DNA of 64,000 nt. Source: an uncultured Planctomycetota bacterium. GTDB lineage: Bacteria; Planctomycetota; Planctomycetia; Isosphaerales; Isosphaeraceae. Each line of letters opens with the position of its first letter. Positions within the stretch are counted from its first letter, which is position 1. The stretch is taken from the NCBI GenBank assembly GCA_963845755.1, contig CAWJTV010000023.1, forward strand, positions 1-64,000, in the 5' to 3' direction. The notes beneath the pieces were generated by a model. It was not told the origin of the DNA and made no database searches. It saw nothing but the letters and a program-made list of their open reading frames with translations. Shown here one piece after another: positions 31,562 to 42,188 of this stretch. The position numbers were made by a program, and so were the translations under genes.

Positions 31562-34350
31562 ATGAACACCTTCGACCTGTCCATCTCCTTCCCTTCCCCG
31601 GGACTGATCCGCCTGCAAAGCCGGTCCATGTTCGGAGATGTGGACGACCCGACATGTCGGCGTTTCCTCGAGCGCGTGTTCCAGGCCGATGAGATTTCCA
31701 ACATCACGATCGTAGGCGGAGACTCGCCCCAGGCGGACCTACGATTCTGTCCCAAGACCTCGACCCTGCAGGATGTCGTCAAGCGCATCGTCGGCTTCCT
31801 CAGACTGGGCCCGGAAAACGAGGGCGTCCGATCCAGTGGCCGGATTCACGGAGAATCCGGCGGCCCCGCGTCGGGCAGCGGCCATGCGATTGAGAATGGC
31901 TATGCGAATAGCAACGGTCATGCGAATGGGAATGGTCATGCGAATGGGAATGGCCATGCGTATGAGAACGGTCACGCGAATGGCAATGGACATGCAAATG
32001 GCAACGGTCATGCCTCCTTACATCTCGGCCATGCAACTCAACGCGGCGCCTTACCCGTGCCGTCGATCGCGAGTGCGACCTCGGCGCGGGATAGCAAGGG
32101 AGTCGTCCGATACTTCCGCCACGAGTCGGTGGTCACCGGATGGGAGATCAAACTCGATCAACCCGGCCGGCTCCGCTTGAAGAATCGCGTGCTCTATCGG
32201 AAGTCCGAGCTGTGCCAGGCGATCGAGCGGGAGTTCATGAGCATCCTGGGTATCGACCAGTACAAGACCAATTCGATGACCTGTACGGTCCAGGTCGACT
32301 ATGACCCGCGGCAGCTCAGCAAACTGCAAGTGGTCGAGATCCTCGACTCGGCGCTAGCCAACGCCGAGCACCCGACACGTCTCGACAAGCTCGACCTTCA
32401 CCTGCCGATCTGCACGGCATCGATGCCGTTCGCGGCGGCAGCTCAGTTCGCCTTCCCGCCGCTTTTGCCGGTTGCGGCGGCGGTGTTCGCGTATACGTCG
32501 ATCCCGACCTTCCGGGAAGCTCACAACGTCCTGTTCAAGGAGAAGCGCCTCGGGGTGGATGTGCTGGATTCGATTGTCGTGATCGGCTGTCTGGGGACCA
32601 TGTCAATCTTTCCCGGCGTGGTGCTCTGCTGGTGTCTGAGCTTCGGCCGCGTGCTGGTCAAGCGAACGCAGGACAACTCGAAGAAGCTGTTGCTGAACGC
32701 CTTCGGGAAACAGCCCCGGTACGTCTGGCTTTATCGCGACGGCACCGAGGTGCAGGTCTCGCTCGACCGGCTCCAGAAGGGCGATATCATCGTCGTCAAC
32801 ACCGGTGAGGTCGTGCCGGTCAACGGCCACGTCGTCGAGGGGATGGCGATGATCGACCAGCACGCGTTGACCGGGGAATCGACTCCGGCCGAGAAGGGAG
32901 TTGGCGACCGGGTCTTCGCCTCGACCGTGATGGTGGCCGGCAAGGTCTTCGTCTCGGTCGAGACCTCGGGCACCGAGACGGCCTCGGCCAAGATCAGCCA
33001 GATCCTCAATGACACGGCCGGTTATAAGCTCTCCTCGCAGCACAAGGGCGAGCGGCTGGCGGACAAGGCCGTCATCCCGACCCTGACCCTCGGCGCCGTC
33101 GGGATGGCCACGATGGGGCCCTTCGGCGCGGTGGCCGTCCTCAACAGCGACTTCGGCACGGGGATCCGCATGGCCGCACCGCTGGCGATGCTCAGCTCGC
33201 TGGCGCTGTGCGCCACAAGGGCGTCCTGGTCAAGGACGGCCGGGCCCTCGAGCTGATGAACGAGGTGGACACCGTCCTCTTCGACAAGACCGGGACTCTC
33301 ACCCGCGAGCGTCCCGAGGTGGGCCGGATCATCGCCTCGGAGGGATTCTCGCCCGAGCGGATCCTCCTGTTCGCGGCGGCCGCGGAGAAGCGATTCCACC
33401 ATCCCATCGCCCTGGCGATCCTGCATAAAGCGAACGAGTTGGACCTGGAATTGCCGGCAACCGACGACACCCAGTACAAGGTCGGCTACGGCATCACCGT
33501 TCAAATCGAGGGGCACACCGTCCGGGTAGGCAGCCGTCGATTCATGGAGATGGAGGGAATCGACCTGACGCCCGAGGTCCAGGATGCACTGGACGAGGCG
33601 CACCGCGAGGGCTACACCATGGTCATGGTCGGTGTCGACGACCGGTTGGGCGGAGCGATCGAGCTCCAGGCGTCGGTCCGGCCCGAAGTCCGGGAGATCA
33701 TTCAAGGACTCCGCAAGCGCGGGATCAAGCATATCGCGATTATCTCGGGCGACCATGAAGCCCCGACCAAGAAGCTGGCCGAATCGCTGGGAATGGACCG
33801 ATACTTTGCCCAGGTCCTGCCCGCCGACAAGGCCGAATACGTGGCCAGGCTCCAGGACGAGGGCCGCAAGGTCTGCTTCGTGGGCGACGGGATCAATGAT
33901 TCGATCGCGCTGAAGAAGGCCAACGTGTCGATCTCGCTCCGAGGCGCCTCGTCGATCGCGACCGACACGGCCCACATCGTCTTCCTGGAAGAAGGGCTCG
34001 CCAAGCTCTGCGAGCTGCGCGATATCGCCCGCGACCTCGATCACAACGTCAAGCGGAGCTGGTCGATGATCCTGGCCCCGAACATCGCCTGCATCGTGGG
34101 CGTCTTCACAATGGGCTTCGGGATCATGGCGTCGGTCGCCACCAACAACGTCGCCGCCCTGGCCGCCCTGGCCAACGGCGTGCTGCCCCTCCGCAAGGTT
34201 GCCCAGCTCGAGGCCGAACGCCGTCACAGACTGGAGATGACCCAATCCTATGCGATGGAAAGAAACCCTGTACAAACGCCGGCTGCAGCGGCCGATCGAC
34301 CAGGACATGCGCGAGGCGATCAGCCGCGAGTTCTCGCGACGACGTCATGA
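31562..34350 (+). CDS. P1B-type (heavy-metal-family) P-type ATPase with a non-canonical DFGTG membrane motif; 1-bp deletion near 33213
   Basis: PGRLRL N-domain, LTGES, FDKTGTLT, HP, SGD, VGDGINDS; no CPx/SCA motif. Confidence 0.92.
31880..32013 (+). repeat. In-frame 18-bp tandem repeat encoding (NGHANG)-like units
   Basis: GHAIENGYANSNGHANGNGHANGNGHAYENGHANGNGHANGNGHA. Confidence 0.85.
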
Positions 34351-34561
34351 AATCCCGGTGCCCGCTGAGCTTCACTGGCACCGGGAGAAACCTCAGTTCA
34401 CGATCCAGTCGGAATGGCTGTCCTTCAACGTACAGTTCACGCCCGAGGACCTAGTGGTAAACGCCGAGCTCTCCCTCACCGCGAAGATGTTCGCAACCCG
34501 GAAGCATCGGGAGGACGCTGTGAAGATGATCGAGGACGTTGCCGACCACCTGGGCCTTTGA
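34250..34561 (+). CDS. Small hypothetical protein
   Basis: Globular-looking 103-aa ORF in operon context; overlaps the ATPase tail. Confidence 0.65.
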   Translation: MRWKETLYKRRLQRPIDQDMREAISREFSRRRHEIPVPAELHWHREKPQFTIQSEWLSFNVQFTPEDLVVNAELSLTAKMFATRKHREDAVKMIEDVADHLGL

Positions 34562-34596
34562 GGCTACATGTCCCCGTCACACGGATTCCGACCGTC

Positions 34597-35121
34597 ATGT
34601 CAGACAAACCGAAGACGACCGGCCCAAAGCCGCCCATCGACCTGGATTTGAGGACCCGGAATACGGCCGCGCCTCTGACCCCGGACATGAAGCGGTTCGA
34701 CATCTTCCTCATCGATACCGGCTGGAACAAGCCGATCTCCCGGACTGTGCGATCCCATCTGCGAAAGTTGATCGAATACCATCCGAACGACAGTCTCTAC
34801 GAGCTCACCCCCGAGCAGTCGGTCGAGATCCTCAGGCAGGATCCGGCCCTGATCGGCTGCGACCCGACGATCATCGTCTACGACCTTTATGGTTCCACCC
34901 GGGCGCATGCCGGCAAGTACCGTGGTTTTCGGCTGAATCTGGGACTGCTGAAGCACTGCGATCAGGCGGTGGCCCGGCTCCAGGAGTTCATCCGGTTCAT
35001 CTCGATCAATCGCACCGCCGAACGCCTCGATAAGGAGATCCGCCGGGAATTGCACCGCGAAGGCCTCGATGGCATCGTCAAAATCTTGCGTGAGACATCC
35101 GTCGAGCTGCTCATCGAGTGA
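34597..35121 (+). CDS. Hypothetical protein
   Basis: Coding-like composition; operon context. Confidence 0.75.
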   Translation: MSDKPKTTGPKPPIDLDLRTRNTAAPLTPDMKRFDIFLIDTGWNKPISRTVRSHLRKLIEYHPNDSLYELTPEQSVEILRQDPALIGCDPTIIVYDLYGSTRAHAGKYRGFRLNLGLLKHCDQAVARLQEFIRFISINRTAERLDKEIRRELHREGLDGIVKILRETSVELLIE

Positions 35122-35146
35122 CTTGGTGAACCGTGAGGAGCTGGCC

Positions 35147-35350
35147 ATGAACGAAGAGATCCCGATTCTACCCCTGGTCATCGGCACATGTCTCGGGCTG
35201 TATCTCGGCTACGAGATCAACCGGCGACGGAACAAGTTGCGGAAAGTTTTCTTCACGTTCGACAGGCAGGAGAGCAAGATCGCCCAGGCACTCGAGTTGA
35301 TGGTCGAGAGCGGGCAGCTCCGACCGTATGCCCCGGAACACGCCCGTTGA
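35147..35350 (+). CDS. Small single-TM protein with GxxxGxxxG
   Basis: GAGGAG RBS; ILPLVIGTCLGLYLGY followed by basic RRRNK. Confidence 0.78.
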   Translation: MNEEIPILPLVIGTCLGLYLGYEINRRRNKLRKVFFTFDRQESKIAQALELMVESGQLRPYAPEHAR

Positions 35351-35528
35351 ACGCGTGACGCGATTGCGGATTCGGGTCCCGGGGCGGCCTTGCTGGGACT
35401 GTGCCGGCATGGCCGGCTTCACCCCAGCCTCCTCGGGTCGTTGCAGCAAGACCGGGAGTGGCTGGGGTCGAGCCCGAGGGGCGATGCCCCCGGAGGATCC
35501 CGTCGTTGGTGTTTCGGAGCGAGAACTG

Positions 35529-37964
35529 ATGCACCGATCCCAGACGACCTCAATCGCTCCGACGACGGAAACCCAGGTCACGTGCGCCGATGGAACGCTC
35601 GTGCTGCGGGATGAACAGGTCTTCGGTCCCTGCGGGGATGGCCCGTGCGAGCGCTTTCTCGGCCGGGCCTTGAGCGTCCAGGGGGTCCGATCCGTCTCGC
35701 TGGATCGCGCCCGGGCGACGGCGGTCATCCGATACGATGCCGGCCCGCGCGAGGTGGCTCCGTTCCTGGAACGGCTATCGTACGCGATCCGGGACGGGGT
35801 GCCTTCCGACATCGTGCCGGCACTCCCCAGGACGAACCGGGAGACGGCTTACACCCTCTTTCGCCACGGCCGGCTGGCGACGACTTGCGAGGTCCTGTCC
35901 GATCATCCCGGTCGGTTACGCCTTCAGCACCCGGCGATTCGGCGGGACGCGAGCCTCGCCAAAGTGGTCGCACGCCGATTGGAGACGATGCCGGGAGTCT
36001 CCGCGACCTCCGTCGGCTGGTGGACGTCGAGTCTGCTGATCCAGTACAGCGCGTCACTCATCAGCGTTTCGGAGCTGATCCGCCGGGTCGAGGGAGTTCT
36101 AGACGACTCCGGCGGCTGGGGCGCCGCGCTCCACGAGCCGACTCGCACCCGGTTCGGCCTGGCGAATGCGAGCGCGGGCCTCGCGGCGATGGCCGACTTC
36201 GTCGTTCCGGCCCTGTCGCCGGCAAGCGCGGTCTTGCTGGTCGGCACCAACGTGCGTACGTTCCAGGCCGCCTGGCTCCAGATTCGCGGCCGACGATTCG
36301 GCTTGCCGGTGCTCTACACGGCCATCGCGACGACGGCCCTGGCCAGTGGCCAGTTCTTCTCCTGCGCCTTGATGTCCTTGTTCTACAAGTTCTGGCACCA
36401 TCGGCTTCGACTGGAGCTGTCGAGCGAACGCCGACGGCTTCTGGATGAGTGCCTGCCGCGGCCTAGCTCGACCTGCCTGATCACTCCGGACGGGGCCGAA
36501 GTGCTGGTCCCTGTGGATCGATTGCGGCCGGGGGACCGCGTCGTGGTGGGGGCTGGCGAAGCCGTGCCGGCCGACGGCCGAGTGGTCGGTGGCGAGGGGA
36601 TTGTCGATGAACGGAGCGTGCGCGGTCTGGAAGGGGCCTCGCGGAAGCGGATGGGAGACACTATCCTGGCCGGCTCGACGGTCCTGGCCGGCTCGTTGCG
36701 CGTCGAGGTAACGCGGTTCGGCGAAGGGACGCGCGCCTTTTCAATCGTCCGCGCCCTGGTCGCGGCGACGAAGCCCACGTCCGGTCCGATCTCTTCGATG
36801 CCGCGTGCCAAGGCGTTCGCGGATCGGGCCGTCGGGCCGGCCCTTGCGACCGCGGGCGTCGGCCTGCTGGTGGGTGACCTGTCGGCCGCCGGTGCGATCC
36901 TGACGCCCGACTATTCGTCCGGTCCCGGCTTGGCAGTCCCGCTGGAGACGCTCCGCGACGCCGCCGTCTGTGCCCGCCGGGGGATCGTCATCCGCCAACC
37001 CGACGTGTTCGAGCGTCTGGCGAAGGTCGATCTGATCGTGCTCGACGACGACCCGATTCTCAGCCGTATCGAGCTGGAGGTGACCGGCATCCAGACCCGC
37101 CTCCAGGAATCCGACCTGCTCCGCTACGCAGCCAGCGCGTTCCGCCACCTCGCCGACGAGCGAGTCGCCGCCCTCGACGCCGCCTGCCGGAACCGTGGCG
37201 TCTATCTCCTGAACCTGCCGCCGGTCGATTTTCGGCAGGGCGTGACCGTCCTCCACGACGGCCGGCGCATTCGCGTTCGCGAGGACGTCTCCGCGGGACA
37301 ACCCGACGGCGAGCATCCGGGATCGGCCTCCAAGCTGGGTCCGCTGCTCGTCGAAATCGATGGGACGCCCGTCGGCTTGATCCAGTTCGGACGCTCGAGC
37401 CGCCCGGAGGCCGCGACCGCGCTCCAGCGCATCCGCGACCGCGTCTCGGTACCGATCGCGCTGGTCTCGAATCGATCCGAGTCCGACGTGGCCGTGCTCG
37501 CTCAGCTCCTGGGAGTGGACCTTTACAAGAGCGGCTTCTCATCCGAGGAAACGGGCCGTTTCCTCCGCGCCTGCCGCGACCGTGGCTTGCGCACCGCGTT
37601 CGTCGGCCACGGTCGACGCTGGGCGGCTGCGGCCGTGGAAGCCGAGGTCGCCGTCTCGTTCGTCAGCGACCCCGACGAAAGGGGAAGCCCGGCTGCGGTG
37701 TCGCTCCTGCAACCGCGGATGGATCGGTTCGCCGACTTATGGGAGATCGCCCACCTCCATGAAGGGCGCGTGCTCGGCGCTCAGAAACTCGTCCTGGTCC
37801 CGAACGTCCTCTGCGTGGCCGGAGCCTTCCTGTTCGGGTTCACGGGCCTGACCGCCGTGATGATCACCAACCTTGGTACCCTCGGCCTCTTCAACCGCTC
37901 CGTCGGCACGCTCCGTGAACTGGAGGCGGCCGGCGGCGAAAGATTGGTTGCCTCGAGAAGATGA
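35529..37964 (+). CDS. Degenerate P1B-type ATPase paralog (pseudo-ATPase)
   Basis: PGRLRL, GEAVPADG, ILAGS, PDYSSG retained; TGES>RGLE, DKTGT>DDDPI, GDGIND>GHGRRW. Confidence 0.85.
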   Translation: MHRSQTTSIAPTTETQVTCADGTLVLRDEQVFGPCGDGPCERFLGRALSVQGVRSVSLDRARATAVIRYDAGPREVAPFLERLSYAIRDGVPSDIVPALPRTNRETAYTLFRHGRLATTCEVLSDHPGRLRLQHPAIRRDASLAKVVARRLETMPGVSATSVGWWTSSLLIQYSASLISVSELIRRVEGVLDDSGGWGAALHEPTRTRFGLANASAGLAAMADFVVPALSPASAVLLVGTNVRTFQAAWLQIRGRRFGLPVLYTAIATTALASGQFFSCALMSLFYKFWHHRLRLELSSERRRLLDECLPRPSSTCLITPDGAEVLVPVDRLRPGDRVVVGAGEAVPADGRVVGGEGIVDERSVRGLEGASRKRMGDTILAGSTVLAGSLRVEVTRFGEGTRAFSIVRALVAATKPTSGPISSMPRAKAFADRAVGPALATAGVGLLVGDLSAAGAILTPDYSSGPGLAVPLETLRDAAVCARRGIVIRQPDVFERLAKVDLIVLDDDPILSRIELEVTGIQTRLQESDLLRYAASAFRHLADERVAALDAACRNRGVYLLNLPPVDFRQGVTVLHDGRRIRVREDVSAGQPDGEHPGSASKLGPLLVEIDGTPVGLIQFGRSSRPEAATALQRIRDRVSVPIALVSNRSESDVAVLAQLLGVDLYKSGFSSEETGRFLRACRDRGLRTAFVGHGRRWAAAAVEAEVAVSFVSDPDERGSPAAVSLLQPRMDRFADLWEIAHLHEGRVLGAQKLVLVPNVLCVAGAFLFGFTGLTAVMITNLGTLGLFNRSVGTLRELEAAGGERLVASRR

Positions 37965-38086
37965 TTCTCGAAAACCATCCCCTGAGGATGCACCACGAGA
38001 ATGTGCGTCTGACCAAACGCTTCCGGGATGACCTGGGCCGCCGGTAGCCTATGGCTAGGTAGCATCATCCCTTTTCCGGTCATCCC

Positions 38087-39178
38087 ATGAAACCACTCAA
38101 CGCCTTGCTGGTGTTTATCCCTGTGGCGATCGTGCTTGACCGGACGGTGGACAACCCGATCCTGGTGTTCGTCACGTCGGCCCTGGCGATCGTACCCCTG
38201 GCCGGATTGATGGGAGACGCGACCGAGGCGCTGGCGGAGTATCTCGGCCCGACTCTGGGCGGCCTGCTCAACGCGACGCTCGGCAACGCGCCCGAGATCA
38301 TCATCGCGCTGTTCGCCCTGCACCGAGGGCTGATCGATATGGTCAAGGCGTCCCTCACCGGGTCCATTGTCGGGAATCTCCTGTTCGGCCTCGGGGCTTC
38401 GATGGTCGCCGGGGGATTCAAGGTCCGGGACCAGAAGTTCGACTGGAACGTGGCCCGGATGAATGGCGCGTTGCTGACCCTGGCCTCGTTCGGTCTCATC
38501 ATCCCGGCGATCTATCGCCTGAGTCCTCTGGCGGAGAATGACCCCGGCCCGGAGGTCTCGCTCGAGATCTCGGCGATCTTGTTCCTGGTCTACCTGGCGA
38601 GCCTGGTCTTCACGTTAGTGACCAGCAAAGCGGTTGTCGGCCAGGCGGGAGTTAAGGCCGAGAAGGTCGAAGCTGGTACCGGGCGGCCGGGGGTCGAGCC
38701 GGAACAAAGGACCGGCTGGGGCCGGAACCAGGCACTCGGGATCTTGATCGTCGTAACGATCGCCCTGGCGATCATGAGTGAAGTCCTCACCGGGCAGGTG
38801 GATCCCGCGGCCAAGAAAATGCACCTCACGGAGCGATTTGCGGGCGTCTTCCTGCTGGCCCTGGTCGGCAATGCCGCAGAGCTGTTCAACGCGATTCGGT
38901 TCGCCCGCAGGGACAAGATGGACCTGGCGATCGGCATCACGGTCGGTGCCAGCACCCAGGTCGCGCTCCTCGTCGCACCGATCCTGGTCTTCGCCGGTGC
39001 GTTCATGGGGCGGAACATGAACCTACTTTTCTCCACATACGAGATGTGGGCGATCATCATGGCGGTGTATGTCGCGCGGAACCTCATCTACGACGGCAGC
39101 TCGAACTGGCTCGAAGGCCTCGTCCTGGTCGCACTCTACTTCATGCTGGGGATCGGATTCTTTTACCTGCCGGCCTGA
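38087..39178 (+). CDS. cax: Calcium/proton exchanger (CaCA family)
   Basis: GGLLNATLGNAPE, GSIVGNLL, GNAAE, GASTQVAL, SNWLEG. Confidence 0.93.
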   Translation: MKPLNALLVFIPVAIVLDRTVDNPILVFVTSALAIVPLAGLMGDATEALAEYLGPTLGGLLNATLGNAPEIIIALFALHRGLIDMVKASLTGSIVGNLLFGLGASMVAGGFKVRDQKFDWNVARMNGALLTLASFGLIIPAIYRLSPLAENDPGPEVSLEISAILFLVYLASLVFTLVTSKAVVGQAGVKAEKVEAGTGRPGVEPEQRTGWGRNQALGILIVVTIALAIMSEVLTGQVDPAAKKMHLTERFAGVFLLALVGNAAELFNAIRFARRDKMDLAIGITVGASTQVALLVAPILVFAGAFMGRNMNLLFSTYEMWAIIMAVYVARNLIYDGSSNWLEGLVLVALYFMLGIGFFYLPA

Positions 39179-39311
39179 GACGAAGTTGCGTCAAGATTCC
39201 TGATGTGGCATCGCCGATTCCCAAACGCGTGATTCGGATGTATCCTGTTTCGGATCCTGTGCGAGGACGTGCGAGATTCCGTACATCCGCTACGAGTAGA
39301 TCGGATCGACG

Positions 39312-40505
39312 ATGATGCAAGATCTCCGGAAAACTGCCGCGGGCGATGGCTCAGCCTCGCGCGAAGGCCCGGCGTACCGGATCGCACTGCGACTCGGGTT
39401 TGCTCATCCGGATCCACCTCGACTGTGGTGGAGCATCGGGCTATCCGCCCTTGTGACGTCGGTGCCCCTGGTGCTCTTGTCATTGGCCTCCGGCCTGGCG
39501 TATGGCGACCGGGTTCAGGTTCCCTTGTTGCGCGACCCGGCATTCTATCTGCGGTACCTGGTGGCTCTGCCGCTGTTGATCTTCGCCGAGGTCGTCGTGG
39601 CGAGGGGTCTCGGGGTCCAGTCGGGATACTTCCTCGAGACGGGCCTGATTCCGGAGACTCAGCGCTCGCGTTATGCGGATGCGAAGGCCGAGTTGAGTCG
39701 ATTGTACGGCTCGATGATTGGGAAGGGAGTGATCCTGGTCCTTTCCTACGCGCTGGTGATCACACTGCGTACTGTCGTCGCCTACAGCGCGGGCTCCTCG
39801 AACTGGGAGAGGCTGGGGAGCGCGGAGGGGGGTGATGTCACGTTCGCCGGTTGGTGGTCCATCCTCGTCGCCCTGCCCATCCTGGTGTTCCTCTTCCTGG
39901 AATGGTTCCGGAGGACGTGCGTCTGGGCCTGGTTCCTCTTCCGGGTCTCCCGGCTGGATCTAGAATTGACGCCCACCCACCCTGATCGCGCCGGCGGGCT
40001 CGGTTTCCTCTCGTGGGGACAGGCGAGCTTCGCCCCCGTATTGGCGGCCGTGTCGGCGGTGCTCTCGGGCAGTTTCGCAGGACAAGTCCTTTACGCGGGC
40101 GAATCCGTTAACAGCTTGAAGTACCACCTGGCGGTCTTCGTGGCTCTGTCGCTCGCGTTCCTGCTCGCACCGCTGCTGGTCTTCTCCAAGAAGTTGGCGC
40201 AATGCCGCTTCCAGGGCGTGCTGGATTTCGGTTTGCTGATCTGGCGGCACGACCGCGCGTTCGATGAGAAGTGGTTGCGGGCGCCCGCGACGGAGCAAGC
40301 GGGCCTGCTGGGCTCTCCCGACGTGTCGTCGCTCGCAGACATCGCCGCCGCCTTCGAGCATGTCGAGCGGATGAGGATCCTGCCGGTGGACCACAGGGCC
40401 GTGATCGTCCTATTCGGGGCGGCCATGGTCCCGATGTTACCGTTCGTGGCCTCTTCGATCCGTCTCACCGAAATCCTCAAGGACCTTGGCATCTTCATGG
40501 TCTAG
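39312..40505 (+). CDS. Hypothetical multi-pass membrane protein
   Basis: Several TM helices; HPDRAGGLGFL, FDEKW, DVSSLAD. Confidence 0.8.
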   Translation: MMQDLRKTAAGDGSASREGPAYRIALRLGFAHPDPPRLWWSIGLSALVTSVPLVLLSLASGLAYGDRVQVPLLRDPAFYLRYLVALPLLIFAEVVVARGLGVQSGYFLETGLIPETQRSRYADAKAELSRLYGSMIGKGVILVLSYALVITLRTVVAYSAGSSNWERLGSAEGGDVTFAGWWSILVALPILVFLFLEWFRRTCVWAWFLFRVSRLDLELTPTHPDRAGGLGFLSWGQASFAPVLAAVSAVLSGSFAGQVLYAGESVNSLKYHLAVFVALSLAFLLAPLLVFSKKLAQCRFQGVLDFGLLIWRHDRAFDEKWLRAPATEQAGLLGSPDVSSLADIAAAFEHVERMRILPVDHRAVIVLFGAAMVPMLPFVASSIRLTEILKDLGIFMV

Positions 40506-40839
40506 GCGGGAGGTCATGGACTCAATACGTCGCAGGGCCGTCCTATCGGGACTCAACCGCCCGCCGGCGGGGTCGTACTCGATCCGCGACAAAAGGCCGA
40601 CATCGGCGCACCGGACGCCGCCGGAATCTTGCGACGATCTCTTGATGATCCGCGTCAACTTCCATTATCGTTGATGTGCGGCGTCTGCTGACGGTGGGCA
40701 GGCAACTCTGCCATGAGGGCCCCGCTCAGTGATCGGTCACAGACATGTGATTGATCACCGAAATGGGGTTTTTTCATGCGCCTCGTGAGAGTCGGACTGG
40801 AACTTCCCCACGAAGGGGATACCGAAGAGAGCACGACCG

Positions 40840-41778
40840 ATGGCTTCCCGCCGTGAGCCGAACCCGTCCTTGCCGGCCCTCCTATCCCGGATGCCTCCGC
40901 CGGGGATGACGCTCACAGCCTCGACCCTGGCGGCGGGCTGGGTGAATGTCCACGCCGTGATCCTCGACGGATGCCTGGAGACTTTTTTCGACTATTCCGC
41001 CAGGTTCCCCATCATTACGTTCAATCTCAAGGGAACTACACAGGTCGAGTGGAAGCGTTCAGGACGGTACTCGCGATTCCTCACCAAACCCGGGGACGTC
41101 CTGATCACACCGCCCGGCAATCGGAACTCGCTGCGTACCCATCTGCCGATCGAGGTGCTCGGTTGTTTGATCGATCTGGAGCTGCTCCAGAGCCTCGCCG
41201 AACGGGAGTGGAAGACGAAAGGGACCAAGGTCGAGATCGTCGAGAGTTTCAACAAGAACGATGCGGACATCTGGAACCTGGGCCAACGGTTCGCGGCCCA
41301 CCTCCGCTCGCCGGTGAGCGGTTCTCGCCTCTACGCCGAGACGCTCAACACTCAGATCGCCATCCATCTCCTGTGGAACTATTCCTCGTTGCCCCGGCAG
41401 GGTGAGACTCGGCCCGAGCCGTTGGCCGATCAGAGACTTCGACGAGTCATCGATTATATTCATGGTACGCTCGGGGATAATGTGTCGCTGGAGGCCCTGG
41501 CCGAGGTGGCGGGACTCAGTCCCAATTACTTCCTCGTCGCCTTCAAGCAGGCCACGGGACGGACGCCCCATCGCTATGTGATCGAACAGCGCATTGCCAA
41601 GGCCTGCGACTTGTTGCACAACCCGCGCAGCTCGATCACGGAAGTCTCGCTCGCCGTGGGCTTCTCCTCTCAGAGCCACCTCACGGAGGTCTTCCGACGC
41701 TTCATGAACACGACCCCGGCCGCCTATCGCAAGGAGGTCCTCGGCCTGACCCGCGATCCCGGCGACCCGAATCCCTGA
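40840..41778 (+). CDS. AraC family transcriptional regulator
   Basis: RVIDYI, LEALAEVAGLS, FKQATG.TP, VGFSSQSH.T..FRR. Confidence 0.93.
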   Translation: MASRREPNPSLPALLSRMPPPGMTLTASTLAAGWVNVHAVILDGCLETFFDYSARFPIITFNLKGTTQVEWKRSGRYSRFLTKPGDVLITPPGNRNSLRTHLPIEVLGCLIDLELLQSLAEREWKTKGTKVEIVESFNKNDADIWNLGQRFAAHLRSPVSGSRLYAETLNTQIAIHLLWNYSSLPRQGETRPEPLADQRLRRVIDYIHGTLGDNVSLEALAEVAGLSPNYFLVAFKQATGRTPHRYVIEQRIAKACDLLHNPRSSITEVSLAVGFSSQSHLTEVFRRFMNTTPAAYRKEVLGLTRDPGDPNP

Positions 41779-41785
41779 AAAACGC

Positions 41786-41933
41786 CAGACCCACCGCACG
41801 ACCCGGGCTTCACCCATCTTCAGCGACTGCGGCTCGTGCAGTACCGCCCGTTTCGCTCGGAGCTCAGACCCACCGCACGACCCGGGCTTCATCCATCTTC
41901 AGCGACTGCGGCCCGTCCGCTTCGCTCGGAGCT
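41786..41933 (+). repeat. Tandem duplication with 79-bp period downstream of the AraC gene
   Basis: CAGACCCACCGCACGACCCGGGCTTCA(C/T)CCATCTTCAGCGACTGCGGC at 41786 and 41865. Confidence 0.8.
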
Positions 41934-42188
41934 TCCCCCGAGCCGGCGAGTGTAGTGATGTTCTTCACGGGCCTTTCTCTACCTTTGGTGTTTTTGGACG
42001 GTCGTCGTCGCCGACACCCCGGGACACGAGGTTAGTGCTCTCTCTTTCACGCTCCGCATCTGCGCGATGGCATGGGCTCGCCGACGCGGAGGGTTGGGGA
42101 CTGCATCCCCGGGAGGAGCGAGCAACCGAGAGACGAAGTCCTTTGGTCTCTTCAATCGATCACTTATTCAAGGGTATTGCGGCCAAGA

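Noticed and set aside
34250..34561. Resemblance to PHA-granule-associated small proteins
   Set aside because: Impression only; no pha genes nearby and no motif-level support
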